From Gemmatimonadota bacterium (GTDB taxonomy: Bacteria > Gemmatimonadota > Gemmatimonadetes > Gemmatimonadales > Gemmatimonadaceae), in contig JAZJZK010000007.1 in NCBI GenBank assembly GCA_040389905.1, positions 319,492 through 383,491 on the forward strand: a stretch of 64,000 nucleotides of DNA, written 5' to 3'. Position 1 is the first letter of the stretch; every line of letters begins with the position of its first letter. The notes beneath the pieces were generated by a model. That model was given only the letters and a program-made list of their open reading frames with translations. It had not been told where the DNA came from and searched no databases. This document shows positions 28,099 through 38,736 of the stretch, piece by piece. Both the position numbers and the translations under genes were made by a program.

Positions 28099-29028
28099 CT
28101 AGGATTTCCCCCTCGGCGCGAGTAACCACCGCCGTGCGTCGGCTTGCGTCACGTTTCCGCCGCACAGGGGCGACGCCACACGTCCGCCTCTCCATCGGTC
28201 GGGAAACTCGAGCAAAGCCGCGATACCCACCGCACCCGCTGGCTCGACGACCACACCGGTGTGGCCGTGAATGAGACGCATCGCGCGGACGATCGCGTCG
28301 TCACTCACGCTCACGACTTCGTCGACCGTTGCCTTCATGGCCTCGACGGCATAGGCAACTGGCTCGCGAACCGCGATGCCGTCCGCAATCGTACGTGCCG
28401 TATCGGTAGGCAATGGCTCGCGCGCAGCGAATGAGAGTTGCATCGACGGCGCTCCCTGTGCGACGACGCCGATGACGCGTGTGCCTGGCTCAGCGTGGCG
28501 GCACCACGCGCCGATCCCGGTGATCAGCGCACCATTGCCGAGTGGGACCATGATGGTTTCGGGCATGAGGCCGGCCTCACTGAGTTCGAGCGCCATCGTG
28601 CCCGCGCCCTCCGCGATATCGGCGATCGCGCCATCCTCGACATAGTAGTTATCGCTCGACGCCGCGAAGCGTCGCGCCGCGTCCTTTGCGGAATCGAAAT
28701 CATTGCCGAAGAGGCGAACCTCGGCGCCGAATGTGCGCATCGCCTCGACTTTGAGCGGGTTGGCGTCGCGCGCCGCGTATACGACAACGCTCCGGTTCCG
28801 GCGTGTCGCCGCGCGCGCAAGTCCTTGCCCGAAGTTTCCCGCTGACGCGCACACCAGTGTGCGCTGGTCCTTCAACTGCGCGACGAGCAACTCTGTCCCA
28901 CGTCCCTTGAAGGATCGAATGGGATTGAGCGTCTCGACTTTGAGGGTCAACTCCACATCGAGTGCACGGTCGAGCGTCGTTTCCCTGAGCAGCGGACTGC
29001 GCAAGAAGACCGGATCGATGATCGACAT
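28099..29028 (-). CDS. PLP-dependent threonine/serine dehydratase family protein
   Basis: LKVETLNPIRSFKGRG, ASAGNFGQG, PLGNGAL, TIADG, VEPAGA. Confidence 0.88.
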   Translation of the reverse strand: MSIIDPVFLRSPLLRETTLDRALDVELTLKVETLNPIRSFKGRGTELLVAQLKDQRTLVCASAGNFGQGLARAATRRNRSVVVYAARDANPLKVEAMRTFGAEVRLFGNDFDSAKDAARRFAASSDNYYVEDGAIADIAEGAGTMALELSEAGLMPETIMVPLGNGALITGIGAWCRHAEPGTRVIGVVAQGAPSMQLSFAAREPLPTDTARTIADGIAVREPVAYAVEAMKATVDEVVSVSDDAIVRAMRLIHGHTGVVVEPAGAVGIAALLEFPDRWRGGRVASPLCGGNVTQADARRWLLAPRGKS

Positions 29029-29138
29029 CGCGGCGGCGATGTTATCGGGGACTATTGGACGCAGAAGTGCATACGGTGCGAGGTGGGGCTACTTTGAAAT
29101 CAAAGAACACTGTCATGCGTGCGAGGGAGAGCCAAGGG

Positions 29139-30009
29139 GATGATCATCAGATCGGCTGTCGGGCTCGCTTTGTTCAGTATCGGTTTCGCGGCTGGGACTT
29201 CACCCTGCTTGGCGCAGACGGGGCAAGCGCCGACCGGCGCGATACGCGGATTCGTGCGTGACTCCGGCGGGCAACCGTTGGTGAAGATCGAGGTGGCGGT
29301 CATGCCTCGGGGTCCCTTTGCGTGGACAGACGAGATCGGCCGCTACACTCTGGCGAATGTGCCAGTCGGGGAGCACCGGCTCATCGCGCGCCGCATTGGC
29401 TACTTGCCGGAGCTCAGCGATGTGGCGCTGACGGCGGGCAATGCGGTCGAGGTCGACTTCGTACTTCAACGCGTTCCGCAACTGCTCGCCACGCAGATCG
29501 TGAGCGCGCGGCGCGAGCGATTGCCGCGCGTCTACGAGCGCATCGACAAACATCTGGGCGTTGCGCTCTTCTCCGAAGATCTCGAGAAATATTCAGCAAT
29601 GAACCTCGACGATGTGCTCGACAAATACTCACCGGTGCTGCGCAGCGTGCTGCAAGCGCCGCGGGGCTGCGGCAAGGAGGCGTTCTACGTCGATGGACAC
29701 CACCAGCCGCCGGCGTTTTGGCTCAAGTCAGATCCTCCGCCGACGATCGGAGATTTCGTGCGGGTGGCTGATATCGCCGTCATCGAAGCGTTCAAATCGC
29801 CCGACTTCATCAACGAGCCGTTCATCGGCGACGACGGAGCGCTCTCCAGCGGTTCAGCTCCCGCGCGCGCCAACCTGGGATCGACGAGCGCGGTGCGCGG
29901 AGGAAGCCCTCTGGCGAATGCCAAGGTCTCCGTGGGCGGATGTCAGCGCGTCGTCCTCATCTGGACGAAGTACTACCTCTCGCAACGGCCACGGGCAATC
30001 GAACAATGA
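29139..30009 (+). CDS. Secreted carboxypeptidase-regulatory-like domain protein with plug-like C-terminus
   Basis: Signal peptide, IRGFVRD, ARRIGY, IAVIEAF, VVLIWTK. Confidence 0.75.
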
Positions 30010-30138
30010 GGCCTCCTGTGAGTGTCACGTTTGCACGCGCCAGCGATCGAGAGGTAAACCAAACAGGATCGTCATGAAATCCTAATGGTCGGATGCCGGG
30101 ACACTCCTATCTTGGCGCGACCTTTACCGATCCTTCCG

Positions 30139-33100
30139 ATGCAAGCGTGCAGGCAGTCCAACCGGCGTGGCACAGTGCAATCAGTGCTCTGCCTCTTGAT
30201 GGCTTCGGGAGCATTACAGCTGGCACGCGCTCAGCGGCCCGCGCTCATTCACGGCCGGGTGATCGGCCCAGACAGTGCGGCGGTCCCGAACGCGACGATC
30301 ACGATTTCGTCGCGTCCTGACAGCACGACACGGGTCACCCGGACAGACGCCAAGGGAACGTTCTCGGTGACCGTCGAGAACGGCGGCAGTGCCTTTCTTG
30401 TAATCGTGAACATGCTCGGCTACGCACCGCAGCGGCGCACGGTCACCCCGGTCGGTGCCGAACCGCTGCCAAGCGTGGATTTCAAGCTCATTGCATCAGT
30501 TGCCCAACTCGGCGCTGTGCGAACGGTGGGGGAGCGGCCGAAGCCGCCCCGGTCCGAGGCAAGCGCCGGCTTCACGCCTGGCGCGTCGGCGACAATCATG
30601 GATGCGATGCGTGGATTGGGTGGCGACCTGACGGGTGACCTCTCAGCAGGGCTCGCGCTCATGCCGGGCATCACCGTTGTCCCGAGTGCGACTGGAGGGT
30701 TGCCGACCGTTTCCGCCTACGGTCAGGGAGCGGATCAGAACAACGTCGTCCTGAATGGACTTGGATTCGGCGCCACGCCCCCGCGCGACGGCTTCGCCTT
30801 GAGTGCGTTATCGTCGACGTACGATCCGGCGCGCGGCGGATTCGCGGGCGTGCAGCTTTCCTTGCGGATGAATCAGGGTGGAAACTACTCGTCGCGCCTC
30901 GTTCGCGGGACGCTCGACGCACCTTCGATGCAATGGACAACGCCACTCTCGTCGCGGTTCGGCACGCAATACGACCAGCGCATCGTCAGCGGCACGCTGA
31001 GCGGCCCGGTGGTGATGGACAAGGCGTTCTACGCCATCGCGTGGCAGGTCAACCGGCGAACCAGCGGGCTCCCCACCCTGTTGTCCATGTCACCGGCATC
31101 GCTGGCCGCGCTCCAGATCAGCCCCGATTCGGTGTCGCGCCTGCTCGCGTCGATGGGTGCAGTGGGTATTCCAACCGTCGTAACGGGTATGCCGTCCTCG
31201 CGCGCCAATAACGAAGGGCGCATCGCCGTGCGTTTCGACTACACCCCCAAACCCGCGGCGCCGCAACCCGGTGTCATCTCGGTCCAGGGTGTCCCGAATG
31301 TGTCGGACGACTACTACCTGCAGGTTGGAGGGAGTTGGCGATCCAACGACGGATCAGGCATTGGACCGACATCGATCGCCACGACCGGAACGCGGCAAAC
31401 GCACCGCGACATGTGGATGCAGGCGACGTCGGCCACCTATCTGCCACTCGGGTTTCTCAATGAAGCCACCGCAGGTTTCTCCGCCAGCGCGGACCGCGGG
31501 GACCCCTATCTCGCGACTCCAACGGCCCGCGTGCTCCTCAACTCGCAGCTACCCGACGGCACAACGGGTATCACGTCGCTGCAACTCGCTGGATCGAGCG
31601 CGGGCAGCAACGCCTCGAGCACGTGGAACGCGGAGGTGCGCGATCAGCTGACGCGATTCACGTGGGACCGACGGCACCAGATGACACTCACACTCAACAG
31701 CACAATCGACCACTTCGACATCGACCAATCGGCGGGCCTCGGCAGCTTTGCCTACAGTTCGCTTGCCGATTTCCTGAGTGGTGCTCCGGCAAGCTATTCG
31801 CGGACGATCACCGGCCGTCGTTCCACGGGATCCGGCATGACGGGCGCGATCGGCCTTGGAGACATCTACAACCCGACGCCCAATCTCCGCACGCAGTTCG
31901 GTGTGCGGATGGAGGGCAACCACCTCGGCGTATCACCGACGTGGAATCCGGCGATCGACTCGCTGTTCGGGCGCCGCACGGATCATGTGCCGAGTACGTT
32001 CGCGGTGATGCCGATGTTCGGTTTTTCGTGGTTGACGTTCGGCACGATCACAGTTCCAGGCTTCCTCGGCGCGAATCCTCGTGGGAGCATCAGCGGCGGA
32101 ATTCGAGAATACCGAGGGTCACTCTCGACGCGCAGCATCGACGGGTATTCGCGGCAAACGGGGCTGCCGGACGCGATCCAGCAGATCGCCTGCGTGGGCT
32201 CGGCGACACCGCTTCCGGCGTGGGCGTCGTACGCGCAATCATCAGGGTCGATTCCCGTGCGCTGCGCAGACGGGACCGCGGGCAGCGCTCTATCGCAAGG
32301 CGCGCCGCCCGTTGCGTTATTTGCCTCCGACTATGCACTCTCGCGCTCGTGGCGGCCCGCGCTGAACGTGAACTATCAGTTGCTGCCAACCGTCAACCTG
32401 ACACTCGGCACGACGTACGCGCTCAACCTCGACCAACCGGCCATCTACGACCTCAACTTGCAACGCGTGCAGAAGTTTGCTCTCGCCGACGAAGCGGGGC
32501 GGCCGGTTTTCGTGTCGCCAGGGAGCATCGTGCCGACCACCGGTTCGCTGGCCTGGACCGAGTCGCGCGTCTCGTCACGCTTCGCGCATGTGGCGGAGAC
32601 GCGATCGGACCTTCGTTCCGAGAACCGGCAGTTCACCGTCAGCGCGAGCTATCAGCCATTGTTTGTGCCCGCCTCGCAGACGTTCTGGTTTCTCTCGCTC
32701 GCGTACGCTTATACGAGCGCGCGCGAGCAGTACTACGGGTTTACGGGAACCACCGGGGGAGATCCCACCATCCGCTCCTGGGGGTCCGGGTCGGCTCCAC
32801 ATCACGTCGTCACCGTCGGATTCAACTACAGTTGGCAGCGGTTCCTGAGTGTGCGTCTGCAAGGCCGAGCACAGTCGGGAACGCCGTTTACGCCCTCCGT
32901 GTCTGGCGACGTGAACGGCGATGGGTATTTCAACGATCGCGCGTTCGTGTTCGACCCGGCCGTCGCGCGTGATCCATCGGTCGCTACCGCCATGAGTCAA
33001 CTCATCGCGAACGGCACGCCGCAGGCGCGTGATTGTCTGCGACAACAACTCGGATCGATCGCCGGCCGGAACAGCTGCACTGGTCCGTGGTCCTTCCCCC

Positions 33101-33888
33101 TGCTCAACATGTATCTCTCGCCCGACGCGTACCGCCTTCACCTTGGCAACCGCGGGACGTTTACCGTGACGCTCACGAACCTGCTCGGCGGTGCGGACCA
33201 GTTGCTTCATGGTTCCGACCATCTGCGGGGCTGGGGACAATACGCGTTCGTCGATCCAACGCTGCTAACCGTGCGTGGCTACGACGCCGCACAGAACCGC
33301 TTCACGTACTCCGTGAACCCGCAGTTCGCCAACACCGCGGTGTATCGAAACACGTTTCGCTCTCCGTTCACCATCAGTCTGGACTTTCGTGTGGAGCTCG
33401 GGCGCGACCGCGAAACCCAGTATGTCCAGCAGGCCATGCGTCTCTCGGGCGAGGAACGCGTCGAGACGTTGACGGTCGACCAGGTGCGTCAGAAGATCGC
33501 ACCAATCGCATTCGATCCATTCCTCCAGCTCTTTCAACAGAAGGACTCCATCGGCCTGTCGGCGCGTCAGGTCGACAGCCTAAACGCGCTGCGAACGCGC
33601 TATATGACCGCGAAAGATTCGGTCAAGCATGACCTGTCGTCATTTCTCGCGGGGCGGCGTGGCGACTACGGCGGTGCGGATGTCCGGGCGAGATGGCACG
33701 GGGCAGCGATTGCCGTGTACGAAGCGCTCTTCGCGTTGATTCCGGCAATGCGTGCCGTGCTGACCGATGAACAAGTCGATCGCATCACACGGAATCCTCG
33801 GTGGAACGCCGGATTTGTCGTGCAGGAGATCCCGCGCGCGCAACTGGAGGTCTTCAAACGCTCCGCCGTGCCGCTGATTCCGTTTTAG
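30139..33888 (+). CDS. TonB-dependent-receptor-like outer membrane protein, paralog of 1790..5572 (start uncertain, ORF opens at 30085)
   Basis: YDPARGGFAG, GDVNGDG.NDRAFV.DP, CL...LG..A.RNSC.GPW and L.GWG...FVDP.LL shared with the first copy. Confidence 0.8.
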   Translation: MQACRQSNRRGTVQSVLCLLMASGALQLARAQRPALIHGRVIGPDSAAVPNATITISSRPDSTTRVTRTDAKGTFSVTVENGGSAFLVIVNMLGYAPQRRTVTPVGAEPLPSVDFKLIASVAQLGAVRTVGERPKPPRSEASAGFTPGASATIMDAMRGLGGDLTGDLSAGLALMPGITVVPSATGGLPTVSAYGQGADQNNVVLNGLGFGATPPRDGFALSALSSTYDPARGGFAGVQLSLRMNQGGNYSSRLVRGTLDAPSMQWTTPLSSRFGTQYDQRIVSGTLSGPVVMDKAFYAIAWQVNRRTSGLPTLLSMSPASLAALQISPDSVSRLLASMGAVGIPTVVTGMPSSRANNEGRIAVRFDYTPKPAAPQPGVISVQGVPNVSDDYYLQVGGSWRSNDGSGIGPTSIATTGTRQTHRDMWMQATSATYLPLGFLNEATAGFSASADRGDPYLATPTARVLLNSQLPDGTTGITSLQLAGSSAGSNASSTWNAEVRDQLTRFTWDRRHQMTLTLNSTIDHFDIDQSAGLGSFAYSSLADFLSGAPASYSRTITGRRSTGSGMTGAIGLGDIYNPTPNLRTQFGVRMEGNHLGVSPTWNPAIDSLFGRRTDHVPSTFAVMPMFGFSWLTFGTITVPGFLGANPRGSISGGIREYRGSLSTRSIDGYSRQTGLPDAIQQIACVGSATPLPAWASYAQSSGSIPVRCADGTAGSALSQGAPPVALFASDYALSRSWRPALNVNYQLLPTVNLTLGTTYALNLDQPAIYDLNLQRVQKFALADEAGRPVFVSPGSIVPTTGSLAWTESRVSSRFAHVAETRSDLRSENRQFTVSASYQPLFVPASQTFWFLSLAYAYTSAREQYYGFTGTTGGDPTIRSWGSGSAPHHVVTVGFNYSWQRFLSVRLQGRAQSGTPFTPSVSGDVNGDGYFNDRAFVFDPAVARDPSVATAMSQLIANGTPQARDCLRQQLGSIAGRNSCTGPWSFPLLNMYLSPDAYRLHLGNRGTFTVTLTNLLGGADQLLHGSDHLRGWGQYAFVDPTLLTVRGYDAAQNRFTYSVNPQFANTAVYRNTFRSPFTISLDFRVELGRDRETQYVQQAMRLSGEERVETLTVDQVRQKIAPIAFDPFLQLFQQKDSIGLSARQVDSLNALRTRYMTAKDSVKHDLSSFLAGRRGDYGGADVRARWHGAAIAVYEALFALIPAMRAVLTDEQVDRITRNPRWNAGFVVQEIPRAQLEVFKRSAVPLIPF

Positions 33889-33971
33889 CGAATTGCGCAA
33901 TGTGAGGGAAACCGGTGGGACGGGGCCATCTACAGTGCGATGGCAACGGTTCACTCCCTCCCAAGGTGCTC

Positions 33972-34649
33972 ATGCGAAGGCCCATGTACTATGTCGCGCT
34001 CGCGGCGCTGCTCGCGCGACCGTCTGCTCCGATCGCCGCGCAAGTGATCGATCAGGCCAATCTGCCACATGGAGGTACGTTCTTCTTCTCGACGGACTGG
34101 AACGGGCAGACCTTCAAGCCACTTGCAGGCACATCCGCTGGTGCGGGCTTCCTGCTCGACAACGTGGCACTCTCACCGGTGAGCGGGAACCTGAAGATCG
34201 AGCTCTGGTCAGCCGTCCCGACCGCAGTCGGTTCCATCAAGATGGCGTCTGGCGAAACGAGTTTCACCCTCGGAGCGGACGCCGAGTCCTACGTCGATGT
34301 GTTCTGGGACGCGATCGGGGTAACGCCGAATACGACGTACTTCCTGGCCATGAAGGCCTTTGGCCCGTCCATGACGCTCCATGCCATCGCCACGTCGACC
34401 GGCAGTTACTCACGGGGCGGTATCTATTACTCCTTCGCGTCCGCACCGACGAGCCAGGGTGTCGGCTGGACAAATTACTCGACGAGCGTGTACGACTACA
34501 ATTTCGTGGAATACTCGAGCGGACCGCCCGACCCCGACCCGGAACCGGAACCATCCCCTTCTCCAGAGCCGGCGAGCCTCATCCTGCTGGCCACCGGACT
34601 GGGCGCTGTGGCTCTTGCGAACGCTCGGCGCGTCCGGCGCAAAAGGTAA
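33972..34649 (+). CDS. PEP-CTERM sorting-domain protein
   Basis: Signal peptide; C-terminal PEPASLILLATGLGAVALANARRVRRKR after a Pro-rich linker. Confidence 0.85.
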   Translation: MRRPMYYVALAALLARPSAPIAAQVIDQANLPHGGTFFFSTDWNGQTFKPLAGTSAGAGFLLDNVALSPVSGNLKIELWSAVPTAVGSIKMASGETSFTLGADAESYVDVFWDAIGVTPNTTYFLAMKAFGPSMTLHAIATSTGSYSRGGIYYSFASAPTSQGVGWTNYSTSVYDYNFVEYSSGPPDPDPEPEPSPSPEPASLILLATGLGAVALANARRVRRKR

Positions 34650-34671
34650 GCGTCATAATTACGTTTCTCGG

Positions 34672-36159
34672 ATGACCAAGACCTTCCAGAACTTCATCGC
34701 GGGACAGTGGAGCGCACCCGAGTCCGGCGCGTATTTCGAGAATCGGAACCCGGCGGACACGCGCGACCTGATCGGCAGCTTTCCACTGTCGAACGCGCTG
34801 GACGTGGACGCCGCCGTAAAGTCGGCGAAGCGGGGCTTTGCACTCTGGCGCGCGACGCCGGCGCCAGCACGCGGTGATGTCCTTCGTCGTGTCGGCGATC
34901 TGCTCGTCCAGCGCAAGGAAGAGATCGCCGACCTGATGACGCGCGAGATGGGCAAGCCACTCACGGAAACGCGTGGCGATGTGCAGGAAGGAATCGACAC
35001 CGCCTACTACGCGGCGACGATGGGGCGGCAGCTCTCGGGACGTACCGTGCCGAGCGAGCTCGCCAACAAATGGGCGATGAGCTTCCGCCGGCCGATCGGC
35101 GTTGCCGGCATCATCGCCCCATTCAACTTTCCCCTGGCGATTCCGACGTGGAAGATGTTTCCCGCGCTGGTCTGCGGGAATGCGTGCGTCTTCAAGCCGA
35201 GCGAGGACGTGCCGCACACGGGGCACGTGCTCGTGGAGATCATGCTCGCGGCCGGGCTACCCCCCGAAGTGATCCAGCTCGTTCACGGATTGGGCGCAGA
35301 CGTCGGCGCGCCGATCGTGGAGCATCCAGATGTCGCCGTGGTCTCATTTACGGGATCGACGCAGACCGGCAGCATCGTCGGCGAGACCTGTGGACGCATG
35401 CACAAGCGGCTGTCGCTCGAAATGGGCGGCAAGAACGCGATGATCGTGCTCGACGACGCCGATCTCGACCTGGCGCTCGACGGTGTGGTGTGGGGCGCGT
35501 TCGGCACGACCGGACAGCGGTGCACGGCGACGAGCCGGCTGATTCTCCAGAAGGGCATTCACGATCAGTTCCTCGGGAAGTTGATCGATCGCGCCCGCGG
35601 AATGACCCTTGGCGACGGCCGCAAGAAGGGAACGGACGTCGGTCCGCTCATTCACGAGCGGTCGCGCAAGAAGGTCGAGCGCTACATCGACATCGGCCAG
35701 AGCGATGGCGCGGATCTCATGTGCGGCGGGAGAATCCCGGACGCGAAGAAGCTCGAGCACGGATGGTTTTTCGAGCCGACGATCTTTGCGCGCGTCGAGC
35801 AGGGAATGCGCATCGAGCAGGAGGAGATCTTCGGTCCGGTGTTGAGCGTCATCCGGGTGACGGACGCCAACGAGGCGTTCGAGGTCAACAACGGCGTGAA
35901 GTACGGGCTCTCGTCATCGCTGTACACGCGAGACGTCAACCTCGCCTTCCGCGCTCTCAATGAGCTCGACAACGGGATCACGTACATCAATGCGCCGACG
36001 ATCGGGGCCGAGGCACATCTTCCCTTTGGCGGAGTAAAACAGACAGGGAATGGGCACCGTGAGGGCGGCTGGGAAGTGTACGAGTTCTATTCGGAGACCA
36101 AGGTGGGGTACTGCGATTTCTCGGGTGCGTTGCAGCGGGCGCAGATCGACAACTACTGA
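34672..36159 (+). CDS. Aldehyde dehydrogenase
   Basis: PFNFP, FTGS, LEMGGKN, GQRCTA, EEIFGPV, PFGGVK. Confidence 0.95.
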   Translation: MTKTFQNFIAGQWSAPESGAYFENRNPADTRDLIGSFPLSNALDVDAAVKSAKRGFALWRATPAPARGDVLRRVGDLLVQRKEEIADLMTREMGKPLTETRGDVQEGIDTAYYAATMGRQLSGRTVPSELANKWAMSFRRPIGVAGIIAPFNFPLAIPTWKMFPALVCGNACVFKPSEDVPHTGHVLVEIMLAAGLPPEVIQLVHGLGADVGAPIVEHPDVAVVSFTGSTQTGSIVGETCGRMHKRLSLEMGGKNAMIVLDDADLDLALDGVVWGAFGTTGQRCTATSRLILQKGIHDQFLGKLIDRARGMTLGDGRKKGTDVGPLIHERSRKKVERYIDIGQSDGADLMCGGRIPDAKKLEHGWFFEPTIFARVEQGMRIEQEEIFGPVLSVIRVTDANEAFEVNNGVKYGLSSSLYTRDVNLAFRALNELDNGITYINAPTIGAEAHLPFGGVKQTGNGHREGGWEVYEFYSETKVGYCDFSGALQRAQIDNY

Positions 36160-36224
36160 CAGCCGTCAGGCTCTCTTGCTGTGTCCATTCCGAAACTGGC
36201 TGTGCTGACGCGCATCGCCATGCC

Positions 36225-36314
36225 TGTCATCCCGAGCGAAGTCGAGGGACCTGCACTTGCCGCGTATGTACGAGCTGCAGACCCCTCGACGCGCTTCGCT
36301 CGCACGGGGTGACA
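36225..36314. repeat. REP-like subtype A doublet
   Basis: tgtcatcccgagcgaagtcgagggacctgcac ... tgcagacccctcgacgcgcttcgctcgcacggggtgaca. Confidence 0.85.
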
Positions 36315-36387
36315 CGCCCGAAGTTGCGCGTTCTGGGCGGACACTGGCTTGCTCCCCCCCAGTGCCCCGAGTTAATTGCAGGTGGCC

Positions 36388-37164
36388 ATGTCTGAAGCAT
36401 CCGATTCGCTCACACCCCCTCGCGCCATTACGCCAGAGCGAAAGCTCGAGGCGCTCCAGCACGTCAATCGGCGTCGCGACAGCTTCAGCTTTATCTGGGA
36501 GTGGGCCAAGATCATCACCGTGTCGGTCACACTCTTCCTGGTGATCAAGACGTTCTTGATGGAGGCGTTCAAGATCCCCAGCGGAAGCATGGAAGGCACG
36601 CTGCTCGTCGGCGATTTCCTGCTCGTCAACAAGGTCGTGTATGGCGCGGAGGTCCCCCTCACGGGTAAGAGGCTCCCCGCCTTCCGCACGCCGCATCGCG
36701 GCGATGTGATCGTCTTCGAGTGGCCGAAGGACCGCACCAAGAATTTCGTCAAGCGTCTCGTCGGCCTCCCGGGCGACACGCTGGCGATGCGCGATGCCGT
36801 ACTGATTCGCAATGGCGTCGCCATGGCGGAGCCGTACGTCTCGCACACCGATCCCGAAGCCGATCCCGTTTGGGAGGAATTCCGCTGGCAAAGCGATTTT
36901 CTCGTCAAGACGGCGAGCGCGGCTATTGGCTATCATCCATCTCGTAACAATTGGGGACCCTTGGTCGTCCCTAGCAAGCAATACTTCGTTCTCGGCGACA
37001 ACCGCGACAACTCCCTCGACAGCCGGTACTGGGGCTTCGTCCCCGACTCGCTGCTTCGCGGCCGACCCGAGGTCGTGTACTTCAGTTTCTCCCCTGATTC
37101 GTCCAACGATTTTGCCTGGCTGACCCACGTTCGATGGGCACGGCTAGGTGAGCGCGTGCACTGA
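36388..37164 (+). CDS. lepB: Signal peptidase I
   Basis: IPSGSME, GDFLLVNK, FVKRLVGLPGD, GDNRDNSLDSRYWG. Confidence 0.95.
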   Translation: MSEASDSLTPPRAITPERKLEALQHVNRRRDSFSFIWEWAKIITVSVTLFLVIKTFLMEAFKIPSGSMEGTLLVGDFLLVNKVVYGAEVPLTGKRLPAFRTPHRGDVIVFEWPKDRTKNFVKRLVGLPGDTLAMRDAVLIRNGVAMAEPYVSHTDPEADPVWEEFRWQSDFLVKTASAAIGYHPSRNNWGPLVVPSKQYFVLGDNRDNSLDSRYWGFVPDSLLRGRPEVVYFSFSPDSSNDFAWLTHVRWARLGERVH

Positions 37165-37183
37165 TTTCCCCGGGATCCCCTGC

Positions 37184-38044
37184 ATGGCCACCACTCCGAA
37201 CAGCAAGAAGTCGTCGTTCGAAGAGGGATCGCTCGACCAATATCTGCGGGACATCAGCATCTACCCGCTCATCACGCGGGAAGACGAGGTGTCGCTCGCG
37301 CAGAAAATACGCGTCGGCGACCAGGAAGCACTCGACAAGCTGGTGCGCTCCAATCTGCGATTCGTCGTCAGCGTTGCGAAGAAATACCAGAATCAGGGCG
37401 TCTCGCTCTCCGACCTGATCAACGAGGGCAACCTCGGCCTTATCCGGGCGGCACACAAGTTCGACGAGACGAAGGGGATCAAGTTCATCTCGTATGCGGT
37501 GTGGTGGATCCGTCAGGCGATCCTCCAGGCACTCGCAGAGCAGAGCCGCATCGTCCGCGTCCCGCTCAATCGCGCGGGCACGCTGCACCGCATCGGAAAG
37601 CGCGCGAGCTTCCTCCTCCAGGAGCTTGGCCGCGAGGCCACGCACGCCGAAATCGCCGAGGGGATGGACATCACGGAAGAGGAAGTCGCGAAGACGATGT
37701 CGATCTCGCAGACGCACCTCTCGCTCGATGCCCCGATGACCCCGGGCGAGGACAACCGGCTCCTCGATTATCTCCCGGACAATCTCAACCCGACGCCGGA
37801 CGAGCTCACCTTCGAGAAGGCACTCACGGAGTCTATCGAGGAAGCGCTCGCGCATCTCAAGGAACGCGAGTCGAAGATTCTTCGCCTGTATTTCGGGCTG
37901 GATGGTGAAGAGCCGATGACACTCGAACAGATCGGGTCGCTCCTCGGGATCACCCGTGAGCGAGTGCGTCAGATCAAGGAGAAGGCGCTGTCGCGGTTGC
38001 GCCACGTCTCCCGCGCGCGCGCGCTGGAATCGTATCTCGGTTAG
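37184..38044 (+). CDS. RpoD/SigA-family sigma-70 factor lacking region 1.1
   Basis: SNLRFVVSVAKKY, DLINEGNLGL, FISYAVWWIRQAI, TRERVRQIKEKAL. Confidence 0.93.
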   Translation: MATTPNSKKSSFEEGSLDQYLRDISIYPLITREDEVSLAQKIRVGDQEALDKLVRSNLRFVVSVAKKYQNQGVSLSDLINEGNLGLIRAAHKFDETKGIKFISYAVWWIRQAILQALAEQSRIVRVPLNRAGTLHRIGKRASFLLQELGREATHAEIAEGMDITEEEVAKTMSISQTHLSLDAPMTPGEDNRLLDYLPDNLNPTPDELTFEKALTESIEEALAHLKERESKILRLYFGLDGEEPMTLEQIGSLLGITRERVRQIKEKALSRLRHVSRARALESYLG

Positions 38045-38736
38045 CGCTCGAGCATGTAGCCTGACCCACGGTGCGTCATGACATGCCGCGGGTTCGCGGG
38101 ATCTGCCTCGAGGTGCCGGCGGAGCTCGCGGATATGCGTATCGACCGTCCGGGAAACGACGCTCGGTTCGTAGCCCCAGACTTCGAGTAGGAGCCGGCGG
38201 CGCGACACGATGCGACCCGCGTGGCGAATGAGCGCAACGAGAAGGTCGAATTCCTTGGGCCGCAAGACGACGGGCTCACCGCGGCGGAGAACGACCCGCG
38301 TTTCCACCGTAACCTCGATCTCGCCGAACGTGTGTTTCGTGAGTGGCGTCTGGCCATCCGCCGGCGCCTCGCGTGCTCGGCGGCGCAGCAGGGCATCGAC
38401 CCGCGCGAGGATCTCCATGAGACCAAACGGCTTCGTCACGTAGTCATCTGCGCCCAGCCGGAAGCCCGGCACCTTCTCGACTTCGCTCGTGCGAGCGGAC
38501 AGAATGAGCACCGGCGTCTGGTTTCCGTCCTCACGCATCGTGCGAAGGAGATCGAGCCCGTCGATTTTCGGCAGCATGAGATCGAGGATGACCACGCTGG
38601 GGCTCCACGAGCGCCACTGAAATAGCCCAGCCTCACCGTCCTGGGCGACGGACACCTCGTGCCCCTCGAGCTCGAGGTTGGCACGCAGCGCCTGGGCGAT
38701 TCCGGCCGTGTCCTCGATCACGAGAACGCGCGTCAT
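38041..38736 (-). CDS. OmpR-family response regulator
   Basis: VLVIED, DLMLP, GADDYVTKPF, SRTVDTHI. Confidence 0.92.
   Translation of the reverse strand: MTRVLVIEDTAGIAQALRANLELEGHEVSVAQDGEAGLFQWRSWSPSVVILDLMLPKIDGLDLLRTMREDGNQTPVLILSARTSEVEKVPGFRLGADDYVTKPFGLMEILARVDALLRRRAREAPADGQTPLTKHTFGEIEVTVETRVVLRRGEPVVLRPKEFDLLVALIRHAGRIVSRRRLLLEVWGYEPSVVSRTVDTHIRELRRHLEADPANPRHVMTHRGSGYMLER

Noticed and set aside
29029..29075. Dehydratase frame stays open upstream (LRPIVPDNIAAA) without a standard start codon
   Set aside because: Could be a non-canonical start or a 1-nt error; cannot be resolved without homolog alignment.
33905..33935. GGAAACC...CATCT upstream of the PEP-CTERM gene as an ECF promoter
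   Set aside because: Spacing and sequence differ from CAAC-N17-TGTC; single instance.
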